Shown: piece after piece, positions 41,622-51,374 of the stretch
How positions within the stretch are numbered: the stretch's first letter is position 1
Layout of the letters: every line of letters starts with the position of its first letter
NCBI GenBank assembly: GCA_963677435.1
Contig: OY781945.1
Location: 288,001 to 352,000 of the forward strand
Origin: an uncultured Aliarcobacter sp.
Lineage (GTDB): Bacteria; Campylobacterota; Campylobacteria; Campylobacterales; Arcobacteraceae
Direction: 5' to 3'
DNA: 64,000 bases
Position numbers and translations under genes: made by a program
The notes under the pieces: model-generated
The model's database searches: none
What the model saw: the letters and a program-made list of their open reading frames with translations, nothing else
Told to the model about the DNA's origin: nothing

Positions 41622-41694
41622 TCGTAAGAAATTTTCTATAAGCGAGACTTAAAGCTTTAGCTTTAATGTTGAGAAAAAAAGAGAAATATAATTA
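41600..41694. repeat. 21-bp direct repeat of typA 3' end flanking a 53-bp insert
   Basis: aaaaaaagagaaatataatta at 41600-41620 and 41674-41694. Confidence 0.85.
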
Positions 41695-41719
41695 ATTTTA
41701 ACTTTTTTGTTATTTTATG

Positions 41720-41754
41720 AAAGGGAGAGGATATTTTATCCTCTCCCTTTTTTT
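41720..41754 (+). terminator. Rho-independent terminator after typA
   Basis: aaagggagaggata-ttt-tatcctctcccttt plus T run. Confidence 0.9.
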
Positions 41755-41880
41755 ATATCCTATACAGAATAAACATGCACTGATGTACAATAATTATACA
41801 GTCAAATAATTGAATTAAGGAATTATTTAGTTTACATTTAGATAAATAAGACTAGAATTTATTAGTTCAGGAGGTGTAAA

Positions 41881-43245
41881 TTGATTAATGAAAAAAATAG
41901 TGTATCTGAAGTTTTTTGGGAAACCTTTTCAAATCAGGATAGACAAAAGATAAAAGAGTTTCAAACTTATATGGATAAGTTTGCTGTTAATTTCAATCTT
42001 TATAAAGATGGAAATTTTATTGAAAGATCTTTACCATTCGATGTTATTCCTCGAATTATAGAGACTAAAGAGTTTGATATAATTGATAGAGGTTTAACTC
42101 AAAGAATAAAAGCACTTAATATGTTTTTAGAAGATTTATATACAAGCAAAAAAATTGTAAAAGACAATATTGTGCCAGAAGAGTTTATTTATCAAGCAAA
42201 AGGATATTTAAAAGAACTTCATGGTTTCTCTCCCTCAAAAAAAATTCGTACACATATTAATGGAATAGACTTAGTAAAAGATACAGTTTCTGATAAATGG
42301 GTTATTTTAGAAGATAATTTAAGAGTTCCAAGTGGAGCTAGTTATCCACTATCAATTAGAGATACTTACAGAAAAATTTATCCAAACTTTTTTGAAAAAT
42401 TAAAAATTAAACCTATTAAAGAGTATCCTTCAATGTTACGAGAATCTATGGATTATGTGAGTTGTGGTGGGATAAATGTTGTTTTAACTCCGGGAAGATT
42501 TAATTCAGCATATTATGAACATACATATTTAGCAAAAAAAATAGGTGCTCAACTTGTAAGAAATGAAGAATTAGTTGTAAAAAATAAAGTTTTATTCTTT
42601 AAAAATTATGACGGAAGATTGGTTCGTGTTGGTGCTGTTTATAGAAGATTAGATGATGAATTTTTAGATCCAAAGTTCTTTAATTCAGAGAGTTTAATCG
42701 GAGTTCCAGGAATCATGGAAGCTTATTTAGCTGGAAATGTTGCAATTATGAATGCACCTGGAAATGGAGTTGCTGATGATAAAGGTATTTACTATTTTGT
42801 TCCAAAGATGATTAAATATTATTTAGGAGAAGAGCCTATTTTAGATAATGCCCCAACATATTTACCTTATTTTGAAGATGATAAAAAATATATCTTTGAT
42901 AATATTGAAAAACTTGTAATCAAAGATGTTGCTGAAGCTGGTGGTTATGGTGTTATGTTTGGACATGCAATGACAAAAATTCAGTTAGAAGATTTAAAAA
43001 CTATTATAAAAGCAAATCCTAGAAGATTTATTGCTCAAGAGTTAATTGAGTTTTATGATGAAGAGTGTTATTTAAATGATGAAATAGTTCCACGAAAAGC
43101 TGACTTTAGAGCTTATGTTGTAATGAGTGATGAACCAAAAGTTTGGAAATGTGGATTGACAAGATATGCTATGGAAGCTGGTAATTATTTAGTAAATTCA
43201 TCTCAAGGTGGTGGATTTAAAGATACTTGGGTTATGGAGGCATAA
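41881..43245 (+). CDS. Circularly permuted ATP-grasp type 2 amidoligase
   Basis: LEDNLRVPSG, NSAYYEH, YRRLDDEFLDP, NAPGNGVADDK, VNSSQGGGFKDTWV. Confidence 0.93.
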   Translation: MINEKNSVSEVFWETFSNQDRQKIKEFQTYMDKFAVNFNLYKDGNFIERSLPFDVIPRIIETKEFDIIDRGLTQRIKALNMFLEDLYTSKKIVKDNIVPEEFIYQAKGYLKELHGFSPSKKIRTHINGIDLVKDTVSDKWVILEDNLRVPSGASYPLSIRDTYRKIYPNFFEKLKIKPIKEYPSMLRESMDYVSCGGINVVLTPGRFNSAYYEHTYLAKKIGAQLVRNEELVVKNKVLFFKNYDGRLVRVGAVYRRLDDEFLDPKFFNSESLIGVPGIMEAYLAGNVAIMNAPGNGVADDKGIYYFVPKMIKYYLGEEPILDNAPTYLPYFEDDKKYIFDNIEKLVIKDVAEAGGYGVMFGHAMTKIQLEDLKTIIKANPRRFIAQELIEFYDEECYLNDEIVPRKADFRAYVVMSDEPKVWKCGLTRYAMEAGNYLVNSSQGGGFKDTWVMEA

Positions 43246-43246
43246 G

Positions 43247-43903
43247 ATGGAGCAATTATTAACTGCAAATGTTGCAACAAATTTATATTGGTTTGGTAGA
43301 TATTTAGAAAGAATTGAAGTAACTTTACTTGAAATTGTTTATGCCTTTGATAAGGTTATTGATTCAGATAAAGATTGTGGTAAAAGAATTTATAAAAAGT
43401 TTGGAATAGATTTAGAATATTCAAGTGCAAAAGAGTTTCTGAATGTTTCTATTTTTGGAAATCATCATGCAAATTTACAAACATTAATTAATCTTGCAAA
43501 AGAGAATGCAATTATTAGTAGAACAAACATGGATACTGAAGCTTTTGGTTCAGTTGTTGAGTTGGCTAATTTATTAAAACATTCAAGTTTAGATGTGGAT
43601 TGTAGATTTATTGATAAGGTTTTATCTTTAATTAGTGAAATTTGGGGTGAACTAACAAGAAAACAACATAGACAAGCAAGTGATTATTTTATAAGACTTG
43701 GGAAACTTGTTGAAAAAGTAGATTTTCATTTAAGATTAGAAGAAGATAAAGTTTTTTCATTGGTACTTATGGAAGAAATAGATAAGATTGTTACTAGATT
43801 AGCACCTGAATCAAAATTTGTTCCTCATGATACAGATGATTCTTATGAAACCATTTTGAATTCAATCAATGCTAAAATAAATAAAATTATAGTCGAGGCT
43901 TAA
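43247..43903 (+). CDS. Alpha-E domain protein (probable ATG start at 43247)
   Basis: NLYWFGRYLER, AKENA, FIRLGKLVEKVD; follows CP-ATP-grasp gene. Confidence 0.88.
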   Translation: MEQLLTANVATNLYWFGRYLERIEVTLLEIVYAFDKVIDSDKDCGKRIYKKFGIDLEYSSAKEFLNVSIFGNHHANLQTLINLAKENAIISRTNMDTEAFGSVVELANLLKHSSLDVDCRFIDKVLSLISEIWGELTRKQHRQASDYFIRLGKLVEKVDFHLRLEEDKVFSLVLMEEIDKIVTRLAPESKFVPHDTDDSYETILNSINAKINKIIVEA

Positions 43904-44856
43904 TGAAAACAACAGAGATATTTACATCTGAGTTACCAGTAGGTGAAAAACTAGCAGTTAAAAGAACTAGATTTGAACCTTTAGAAAAGTCTGATATCAA
44001 AACTAAAAGAATTTCTATAGTAAGTGGAATTCATGGTGATGAATTAGAAGGTCAGTTAGTTATTTATCTTTTAGCTAATTGGTTAAATACTAATAGTGAT
44101 AAATTAAAAGGAATAGTTGATATTTATCCAGCTGTAAATTCTTTAGGTGTAGATACTATTACAAGGGGATTCCCTTTGTATAATGTTGATTTAAATAGAA
44201 CATTTCCTGGTAATTCTAATGAATTTCTACCAGGACAAGTTGTTCATGCCCTTGCAAATGATGTAAAAGGAAGTGATATTGCTATAGATATTCATTCTAG
44301 CAATATCTTTTTACGAGAAATTCCACAAATTAGAATAAATAAAGAGTTCTCAAAATCTACTTTGCCTCTTGCAAAAGAGTTAAATTGTGATTTTATTTGG
44401 ATTCATGATGCGGTTACTGTTCTTGAATCAACTTTTTCCCATACTATGAATTCAATGGGTACGAAAACGCTTGTTGTAGAAATGGGTGTTGGAATGAGAC
44501 TTACAAAAGCTTATGGACATCAATTATTAATTGGAATTTTAAATCTTATGCAAAAAGAGGGAATTATAAGTGGAAAAGATGATTTTATTGTAAGAGAAGC
44601 TTTTAATTCTGAAATAGGTGAAGTATTTTATTTAAATGCCCCAAAAAGCGGACTATTTATTCCTGCACTTGATCATTGTGCAATTATCAAAAAAGATGAA
44701 AAAATTGGAGATATAGTTGATCCATTAACTGGAAATATACATGTTACTTTAATAGCTCCTGCTGATGGAATATTATTTACTTTAAGAGAATATCCCGTTG
44801 TTTATGAGGGTTCGTTAATAGCTAGAATTTTTGGAGATAACAGTGGAAAAAATTGA
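43903..44856 (+). CDS. M14 (AstE/AspA, succinylglutamate desuccinylase-like) zinc peptidase/deacylase
   Basis: SGIHGDELEG, DLNRTFPG, IDIHS, VEMG; C-terminal barrel-sandwich domain. Confidence 0.9.
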   Translation: MKTTEIFTSELPVGEKLAVKRTRFEPLEKSDIKTKRISIVSGIHGDELEGQLVIYLLANWLNTNSDKLKGIVDIYPAVNSLGVDTITRGFPLYNVDLNRTFPGNSNEFLPGQVVHALANDVKGSDIAIDIHSSNIFLREIPQIRINKEFSKSTLPLAKELNCDFIWIHDAVTVLESTFSHTMNSMGTKTLVVEMGVGMRLTKAYGHQLLIGILNLMQKEGIISGKDDFIVREAFNSEIGEVFYLNAPKSGLFIPALDHCAIIKKDEKIGDIVDPLTGNIHVTLIAPADGILFTLREYPVVYEGSLIARIFGDNSGKN

Positions 44857-45775
44857 AATATTAAGAATTGAGTCATTAAGTCGTGCTCCATTAGTTATCG
44901 AAGGATATTTTTTTAAAGGAACTAATCCCAAAGCTCCAAAAGTTGCAATTATTGGTGCTATGGAAGGGGATTCTATTTTACCCTTATATTGTGCTTCAAA
45001 AATGGTAGATTTTTTTAAAAATAAGATTGAGAAAGAAAAAATCAAAGGTGATATTTTAATTATTCCTTCAATTAATCATTATGCTTTAAATATTGGAAAA
45101 AGATTCTGGCCTTTAGATAATACAGATATAAATATGATGTTTCCTGGTTATGAATTAGGAGAAACTACACAAAGAATTGCGAAAAAAGTTTTTGATGCAA
45201 TTAGTGGTTATGATTATGGAATTATTTTAGAAAGACGACCTGATCCTGCAACTTGTCTTCCTTATATAAAACTTTTTAAAAGTGGATATGAAGATTTAGT
45301 TGGTGCAAAAAAGTTTGGTTTTAAAATGATTCATCATAGAACAGTTAAATCAATAGATACAGTTACATTACAATATAACTGGCAACTTTGGGGGACTAAA
45401 GCTTTTACGATTATTTGCCCAAGTGATAATCAAGTTGATAAAAAAAATGCAAGTCAAATAAATCAAGCCATGATTAGATTTATGGATAAAAACAAAATTA
45501 TAGATTATCATATTTTTGCAGGTTATGAATCAACTGTAATTGATAGAAACTCAATAGATATAGTTAAATCTCCAAGAAGTGGTATTTTCATTCCCAAAGA
45601 ACTCCCTGGAAATTATGTATCTAAAGATCAAGTTATTGGAGAAATAGTTCACTCTTTAGAAGGTGATATTATTCATCAATTTTTATCTCCATGTAATGGT
45701 ATGATTACATGTTCTTATAGTTATTCTTTAATATATGAACATGCAGTTGCTTTTAGAATTGCAAAAATTGGCTAG
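44843..45775 (+). CDS. M14 (AstE/AspA)-fold protein with degenerate metal site (probable GTG start at 44843)
   Basis: GAMEGDS, DINMMFPG, IILERR replace HGDE/NR/DxH motifs; overall paralogy with upstream gene. Confidence 0.8.
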   Translation: MEKIEILRIESLSRAPLVIEGYFFKGTNPKAPKVAIIGAMEGDSILPLYCASKMVDFFKNKIEKEKIKGDILIIPSINHYALNIGKRFWPLDNTDINMMFPGYELGETTQRIAKKVFDAISGYDYGIILERRPDPATCLPYIKLFKSGYEDLVGAKKFGFKMIHHRTVKSIDTVTLQYNWQLWGTKAFTIICPSDNQVDKKNASQINQAMIRFMDKNKIIDYHIFAGYESTVIDRNSIDIVKSPRSGIFIPKELPGNYVSKDQVIGEIVHSLEGDIIHQFLSPCNGMITCSYSYSLIYEHAVAFRIAKIG

Positions 45776-45987
45776 TTTATACTAGCCAATAAATAAAAAT
45801 AATAAAATGAAAAAAAATCCTAAAAAATTATAATTATCCTCAATAAATATAAAATATAAAATTTATACAATAAATTGTTTCCTTTTAATTATTATTAAAT
45901 AAATTTTTGATGATTAATTAAATAGTTAATTACATTTACAATAAAAAAATAATATAATGAATAATTATTCACAAAAGGAAGAAGTAA

Positions 45988-47979
45988 ATGATAAAAAATA
46001 TTAATACAAAAATGAAACTCCTGTTGTTTCCATTAATGTTTGTAATTATAGTAATAGTGTCAGGGATAGTTTATGTTCATTATAGTGATATAGAAAATGC
46101 AAGAAATAAAGTAGCAATAGAAACAGAGAACTTTATTCAACAATTGTTAAAGGGAAGAATATCTGTTTATCAGTTCTTAAGATCTGCAAATGAGGAAAAT
46201 AAACAAAAAGTAATAGATAACTTTGAAACTTTAAATACTAATGTTTTAGAGTTAAAAAAAGAGTTAGTATCTGCTAAAAATAGAGATTTGAGTGATGAAA
46301 TAGTTTCATCATCAAAAGATTATGTAACAAACTTTAACTTAGTCTCTTCAATGCTAATAGAAAATAAAGCAAATGGTGTAAAAGAAGAATCAGAAGAGTT
46401 AAAAAATAAAGTAAAAATGATGGCTGAATCAGGTGTTGTTTTAGAAGAAAAGATAAATACAATAAATAAAAGTGCAATTCAATTAAAAGAAGAAGCTCAT
46501 AGCTTGTTAAATAATACATTGATGATTTTAGTAATAATCTCTATTGCTATATTTATAATTTTTTCTTTGTTAATTTCAAATATAGTAATTAAATCTTTAA
46601 ATGATTTTAAAGTAGGATTAATCTCTTTCTTTGATTACCTAAATAAAAAATCAACAACAGTTTCACTTCTTGATGATAGAGCAAAAGATGAATTTGGTGA
46701 AATGGCAGTATTTGTAAATGATAATATAAAACAAATAGAAAATACTCTTAATCAAGATATGGCATTAATAGATGATGCAAAAGTAGTAATGACAAGAGTA
46801 AATAATGGTTGGTATGGACAATTTATAGAGAAATCAACTAATAATAGCTCACTAGAAGAGTTTAAAAATAATGTAAATAAGATGATAAAAAGTACAAGAG
46901 ATAGATTTTCAGAAGTAGATGAATTATTAGAAAAATATGCAAAATTAAATTATATAGATACTTTAAAAATGCATGAGAATGATGAGCATGGTGGAGTATT
47001 TGAAAGATTAGTTGTGGGTATTAATACTTTACAAAACTCAATTACTCAAATGTTAGTTGAAAATAAAACAAATGGTCTAACATTAGATGAAAGCTCAAAT
47101 ATTTTACTTGCAAATGTAGATAAATTAAATATGAGTTCAAATGAAGCAGCAGCATCTTTAGAAGAGACAGCAGCAGCAATAGAAGAAATCACTTCAAATA
47201 TTAGAAATAATACAGAGAATATTTCAAAAATGGCAATTCTTTCAAATGAAGTAACAGCTTCAGCAAATCAAGGTGAAAAACTGGCAAATCAAACAACAGT
47301 TTCAATGGATGAAATAAATAATCAAGTAAACTTGATAAATGAAGCAATAACAGTAATTGACCAAATAGCATTCCAAACAAATATTCTTTCTTTAAATGCA
47401 GCCGTAGAAGCAGCAACTGCAGGAGAAGCTGGAAAAGGATTCGCTGTAGTTGCAGCAGAAGTGAGAAATCTTGCTTCAAGGTCAGCAGATGCTGCACGTG
47501 AGATTAAATCAATCGTAGAAACAGCAACAGTAAAAGCAAATGATGGTAAAAAAATAGCTGGAAATATGATAGAAGGATATAAACAATTAAATGGAAATAT
47601 TACTCATACTATAAATCTAATTCAAGATATACAAAATGCGTCAAAAGAGCAGTTACTAGGAATTGAACAAATTAATGATGCTGTAAATCAATTAGATCAA
47701 CAAACACAACAAAATGCTATGGTAGCATCACAAACACATGATGTAGCAGTATTAACTGATCAAATTGCTAAATTAGTTGTAAGTAGTGCAGATGAAAAAG
47801 AGTTTATTGGAAAAAGTACAGCTAAATCAAAAAATATAAAATCAGCAGCAAAAGCTATACATATTGCAGAAGCTCAAGAAAAACAAAATCATAATAAAGT
47901 TGTATCTAAAAAAATACAAAAACCTATTGAGTCTCACTCGGCTAAAACAAAAGATACAGATGAATGGGAGAGTTTTTAA
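45988..47979 (+). CDS. Methyl-accepting chemotaxis protein
   Basis: Two TM segments; [38 protein letters not shown]-terminal DEWESF pentapeptide-like tail. Confidence 0.97.
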   Translation: MIKNINTKMKLLLFPLMFVIIVIVSGIVYVHYSDIENARNKVAIETENFIQQLLKGRISVYQFLRSANEENKQKVIDNFETLNTNVLELKKELVSAKNRDLSDEIVSSSKDYVTNFNLVSSMLIENKANGVKEESEELKNKVKMMAESGVVLEEKINTINKSAIQLKEEAHSLLNNTLMILVIISIAIFIIFSLLISNIVIKSLNDFKVGLISFFDYLNKKSTTVSLLDDRAKDEFGEMAVFVNDNIKQIENTLNQDMALIDDAKVVMTRVNNGWYGQFIEKSTNNSSLEEFKNNVNKMIKSTRDRFSEVDELLEKYAKLNYIDTLKMHENDEHGGVFERLVVGINTLQNSITQMLVENKTNGLTLDESSNILLANVDKLNMSSNEAAASLEETAAAIEEITSNIRNNTENISKMAILSNEVTASANQGEKLANQTTVSMDEINNQVNLINEAITVIDQIAFQTNILSLNAAVEAATAGEAGKGFAVVAAEVRNLASRSADAAREIKSIVETATVKANDGKKIAGNMIEGYKQLNGNITHTINLIQDIQNASKEQLLGIEQINDAVNQLDQQTQQNAMVASQTHDVAVLTDQIAKLVVSSADEKEFIGKSTAKSKNIKSAAKAIHIAEAQEKQNHNKVVSKKIQKPIESHSAKTKDTDEWESF

Positions 47980-47985
47980 ACTCTT

Positions 47986-48879
47986 CTATTCTTCTATAAC
48001 CTTTACATTAACCTTTACACTTAAAGCACTATTCCCACTACTTTGAACAACACCTTTAAGAGGTGAAATATCTAAATAATCTCTTCCATAACCTAAAATT
48101 ATGTACTCTTCATTTGGAAGTTTATTATTTGTTGGATCAAAATCTAACCATCCAACATCTGGAATATAGATAGAAAACCAAGCATGAGAGGCATCTGCTC
48201 CAAAGAGTTTTTCTGTTCCTGGTGTTGGAATTGTTTGAATATAACCACTCACATATCTAGTTGGAATACCAATACTTCTTAGTGCTGAAATTGCAAATTG
48301 TGCAAAATCTTGACAAACCCCTTTTTTCTCTTTAAAAATTACTTCAATAGGAGTTGTAATATCACTAAATCCAGATACAAATTTGAAATCATTAAAGATT
48401 CTAGCCATAAATTCAGTCGTTGCTTCAATAATATTTCTATCTTCACTAAAAGATTCTAAAACATATTTTTTAATTTCAAGTGATGGCATAGGAATAGATT
48501 CTGTTTCAAACAAAAAATATTTCGCCAATACATCATTAGGATTATATATACTAAATCTCTCTTTTAATTGCTTAAGAGTAATTTTCACATCTTTAAAAAG
48601 ACTTAACTCTTTTTTTATTTCTTCTTCTAATCTTTCAACTTTTGAAGTTGCAATAACTTTTAGATTTTTATGGGCTTCTCTAATAAGCATGAAATTATTT
48701 GTATTTTCAAAATAATCAACAAATTCATTAGTCTCATAAGGTGTTGGCTCAATTTTTAGTGAATATTCAATTAGTCTTTGAGTATTTGAATTCTTAGGTT
48801 TTAACCTTGCTATATTATGACTAAAAGTTACAAGTCCTGCATAATTGAAATTTGTTTCGTGGTATATTTCATAAATCAT
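47986..48879 (-). CDS. Transglutaminase-like protein (N-terminal Bact_transglu_N + core)
   Basis: YEIYHET.F.Y, GVCQDFAQ, RYVSGY, ASHAW, DFDPTN, GRDY; Cys-His-Asp triad intact. Confidence 0.93.
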   Translation of the reverse strand: MIYEIYHETNFNYAGLVTFSHNIARLKPKNSNTQRLIEYSLKIEPTPYETNEFVDYFENTNNFMLIREAHKNLKVIATSKVERLEEEIKKELSLFKDVKITLKQLKERFSIYNPNDVLAKYFLFETESIPMPSLEIKKYVLESFSEDRNIIEATTEFMARIFNDFKFVSGFSDITTPIEVIFKEKKGVCQDFAQFAISALRSIGIPTRYVSGYIQTIPTPGTEKLFGADASHAWFSIYIPDVGWLDFDPTNNKLPNEEYIILGYGRDYLDISPLKGVVQSSGNSALSVKVNVKVIEE

Positions 48880-48881
48880 TG

Positions 48882-51374
48882 TTACTCATTATAGTGTGAA
48901 AAATATGTTTTAGTTAATTCTTCAGATGTTTGTGTTAATAAATCAGAAAGAGTTGATAAAAACCCATCCAATTCTTTATAAACATATTCTTCCTCAGAAC
49001 CCTCTAATAGTTTTTTAGTACTTGTTAAAGTAATCATTGAAAATACTTTAAATACAGGTTCTTCAAAACTACTTAGGTGTGAATTATTTTCATTTTTTGG
49101 CAATTCTTTTAAATCACTTAATAGTTGATTTATTATATAAATTAAAGATTTTGGATATTTTGTGTTAAATACTAAAAAATCTAATACATTTTCTAAATCT
49201 AAAGAGGATTTATAATACGCTCTATAAGAGTTATAACTTTCATATGAATTTAACATAGAATCTAAAACATCATACTCTATTAACTTATCAAGTTTTTGAG
49301 TAAGAAGAGATCTTAGTTTTGAGATTAATAATTGAGATGTTTCTATTTTACATCCAATATCATATAAAATTAATCCTTGTTCTTTAAATATACTTTCATC
49401 AATTAGTTCTTTGTATGCCATTAGATAAATCAATAATTTATCAAGTTCATTTATATGATCTTTATTCGTAAGAAATTCTCTTTTACTATAGTTGTTCCAC
49501 TCTTTTTGCATTTTCTCATAAATTCGCCAAGCTTCCATAGTAAGAAGGTTTTTTACACTAGCATTTAGGTTTGAAAGCATTAAAAGACTGAAACTAAGAG
49601 TTCCTGCTCTATTTTTATCTCTTATTAATGATATTATTTCTTTTATTGGTAAAGGTGTTAATTTTTCATCTAAAAAGCCTGGATAAGTCATTGTTAGATG
49701 AGTTAAAGCATTATTTAAAATCTTATTTGTTTGCTTTGAATTAGTATTATCATCATATCTGTTTAGATTAAGCATACTTTTTAGATTAAATCTAATCATT
49801 CTTGATGTTGTAATTGATCTTGTTAAATATCTTCCCAACCAAAATAGATTTTCTGCTCTTTTTGTTGAAATATTTTCTAATCTTGAATCAATAAAAGCTC
49901 TATTTTTAAAAATAGCATTTCCAATAGGTTCAGCATCTTTTCCTAAAATCCATAAGTCTTTACTTGTTCCACCTTTTTGATTTGATACAACAAGTGAGTC
50001 TTTTGACGGAGAAACTCTTATTAATCCTCCAGGCATTAAATGATATTCATCTTCATGTAAATATGAAAAAGATCTAATAACTGCATTTCTTGGTTCGATT
50101 TTACCTTTTGCAAATGATGGACTAGTTGAAAAATCTGTAATTTCTTGACCTACATAATAGTGTGGATTTTTTTCTATTTTTTCTATTAGGTGCTTTAATT
50201 CTGTATTATCTAATTTATTTGCAAAATAAATTTCTATGTTGTCTGTTCTATCAATTTTTTTAATAAGTAGAGTTTTTATATTTTTAAGTACAAAATCAAG
50301 TTCTTTTTTTTGTCCACACCACCAAGTAGCAATTTGCGGTAATATCAACTCTTCATTTAATAAAAATTTTGCGATATTTTTCATAAATGGATTTAGTCCA
50401 ATATTTTCTAAAATACCAACACCAATTGGATTTATCATTGATAAATGATCTTTTCGAATTACATTTACAAGCCCAGCAACTCCAAGTTGTGAATCATTTC
50501 TTAACTCTAATGGATCACAATATTGAGAATCAACTCTTCTAATTAAAGTATCAACTTTTCGTAAACCATTTAAACTTTTTAGCCATAGTTGGTTGTTTTT
50601 TACAAGTAAATCTTCCCCTTGAACAAGAGTTAAATCTAAAAAAGAACTAATATATGAGTGTTCAAAATAGGTCTCATTTAGTGGACCTGGCGTTAAAAGC
50701 GCAATCAAAGGATTGTCTTGATTTGATGAAGAGAGGGATTTTAACATATTTTTAAAACCCTCAATAAATTTTGCCATTTTTAAAATCTCAACATTTGGAT
50801 ATAAATCATTTGAGATTGAGTTCATCGTAAGTCTATTTTCTATTGCATATCCTAGACCTGATGGTGATTGTGTTCTATCGTTTATAACCCAAAATTTTCC
50901 ATCAGGACCTCTACTTATATCTGCTGCATAAAATCGCATAGAGTAATAATCTTTATTTTCAAAATTGAAAACTTCTGGAATAAAACTTTTATGGGCAAAA
51001 ATAATTTCAGCAGGAACTATTCCTTCTTTAATTAATCTTTGCTCTGTATATAAATCTTTGAAGATTAGATTTAAAAGTTTTGCTCTTTGTTTTAATCCTT
51101 TTGATACTTCTTCCCATTCAGAAGAAGTTATAACTAAAGGAATAGGGTCAAGATTCCATCTTCTATTATTACCTTCAGGGTCATTATAAATATTATAAGT
51201 AACCCCATTATCCTCAAGTCTCCAATCAATTTCTAGTTGCTTTTGTTCTAGTTGTTTAATTCCTGCATCTTCTAAACCTTTTGCAATATCATTCCAATGA
51301 GGTTTAACATTACATTTTGTATCAAACATCTCATCATATGATGATTCTAATTTACAACTATCAAAAATTGACAT
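48882..51374 (-). CDS. Circularly permuted ATP-grasp ligase fused to alpha-E domain
   Basis: YDEM, DRTQSPSGLGYAIENR, ETYFEH, RRVDSQYCDPLEL, GGTSKDLW, then AENLFWLGRY. Confidence 0.92.
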   Translation of the reverse strand: MSIFDSCKLESSYDEMFDTKCNVKPHWNDIAKGLEDAGIKQLEQKQLEIDWRLEDNGVTYNIYNDPEGNNRRWNLDPIPLVITSSEWEEVSKGLKQRAKLLNLIFKDLYTEQRLIKEGIVPAEIIFAHKSFIPEVFNFENKDYYSMRFYAADISRGPDGKFWVINDRTQSPSGLGYAIENRLTMNSISNDLYPNVEILKMAKFIEGFKNMLKSLSSSNQDNPLIALLTPGPLNETYFEHSYISSFLDLTLVQGEDLLVKNNQLWLKSLNGLRKVDTLIRRVDSQYCDPLELRNDSQLGVAGLVNVIRKDHLSMINPIGVGILENIGLNPFMKNIAKFLLNEELILPQIATWWCGQKKELDFVLKNIKTLLIKKIDRTDNIEIYFANKLDNTELKHLIEKIEKNPHYYVGQEITDFSTSPSFAKGKIEPRNAVIRSFSYLHEDEYHLMPGGLIRVSPSKDSLVVSNQKGGTSKDLWILGKDAEPIGNAIFKNRAFIDSRLENISTKRAENLFWLGRYLTRSITTSRMIRFNLKSMLNLNRYDDNTNSKQTNKILNNALTHLTMTYPGFLDEKLTPLPIKEIISLIRDKNRAGTLSFSLLMLSNLNASVKNLLTMEAWRIYEKMQKEWNNYSKREFLTNKDHINELDKLLIYLMAYKELIDESIFKEQGLILYDIGCKIETSQLLISKLRSLLTQKLDKLIEYDVLDSMLNSYESYNSYRAYYKSSLDLENVLDFLVFNTKYPKSLIYIINQLLSDLKELPKNENNSHLSSFEEPVFKVFSMITLTSTKKLLEGSEEEYVYKELDGFLSTLSDLLTQTSEELTKTYFSHYNE

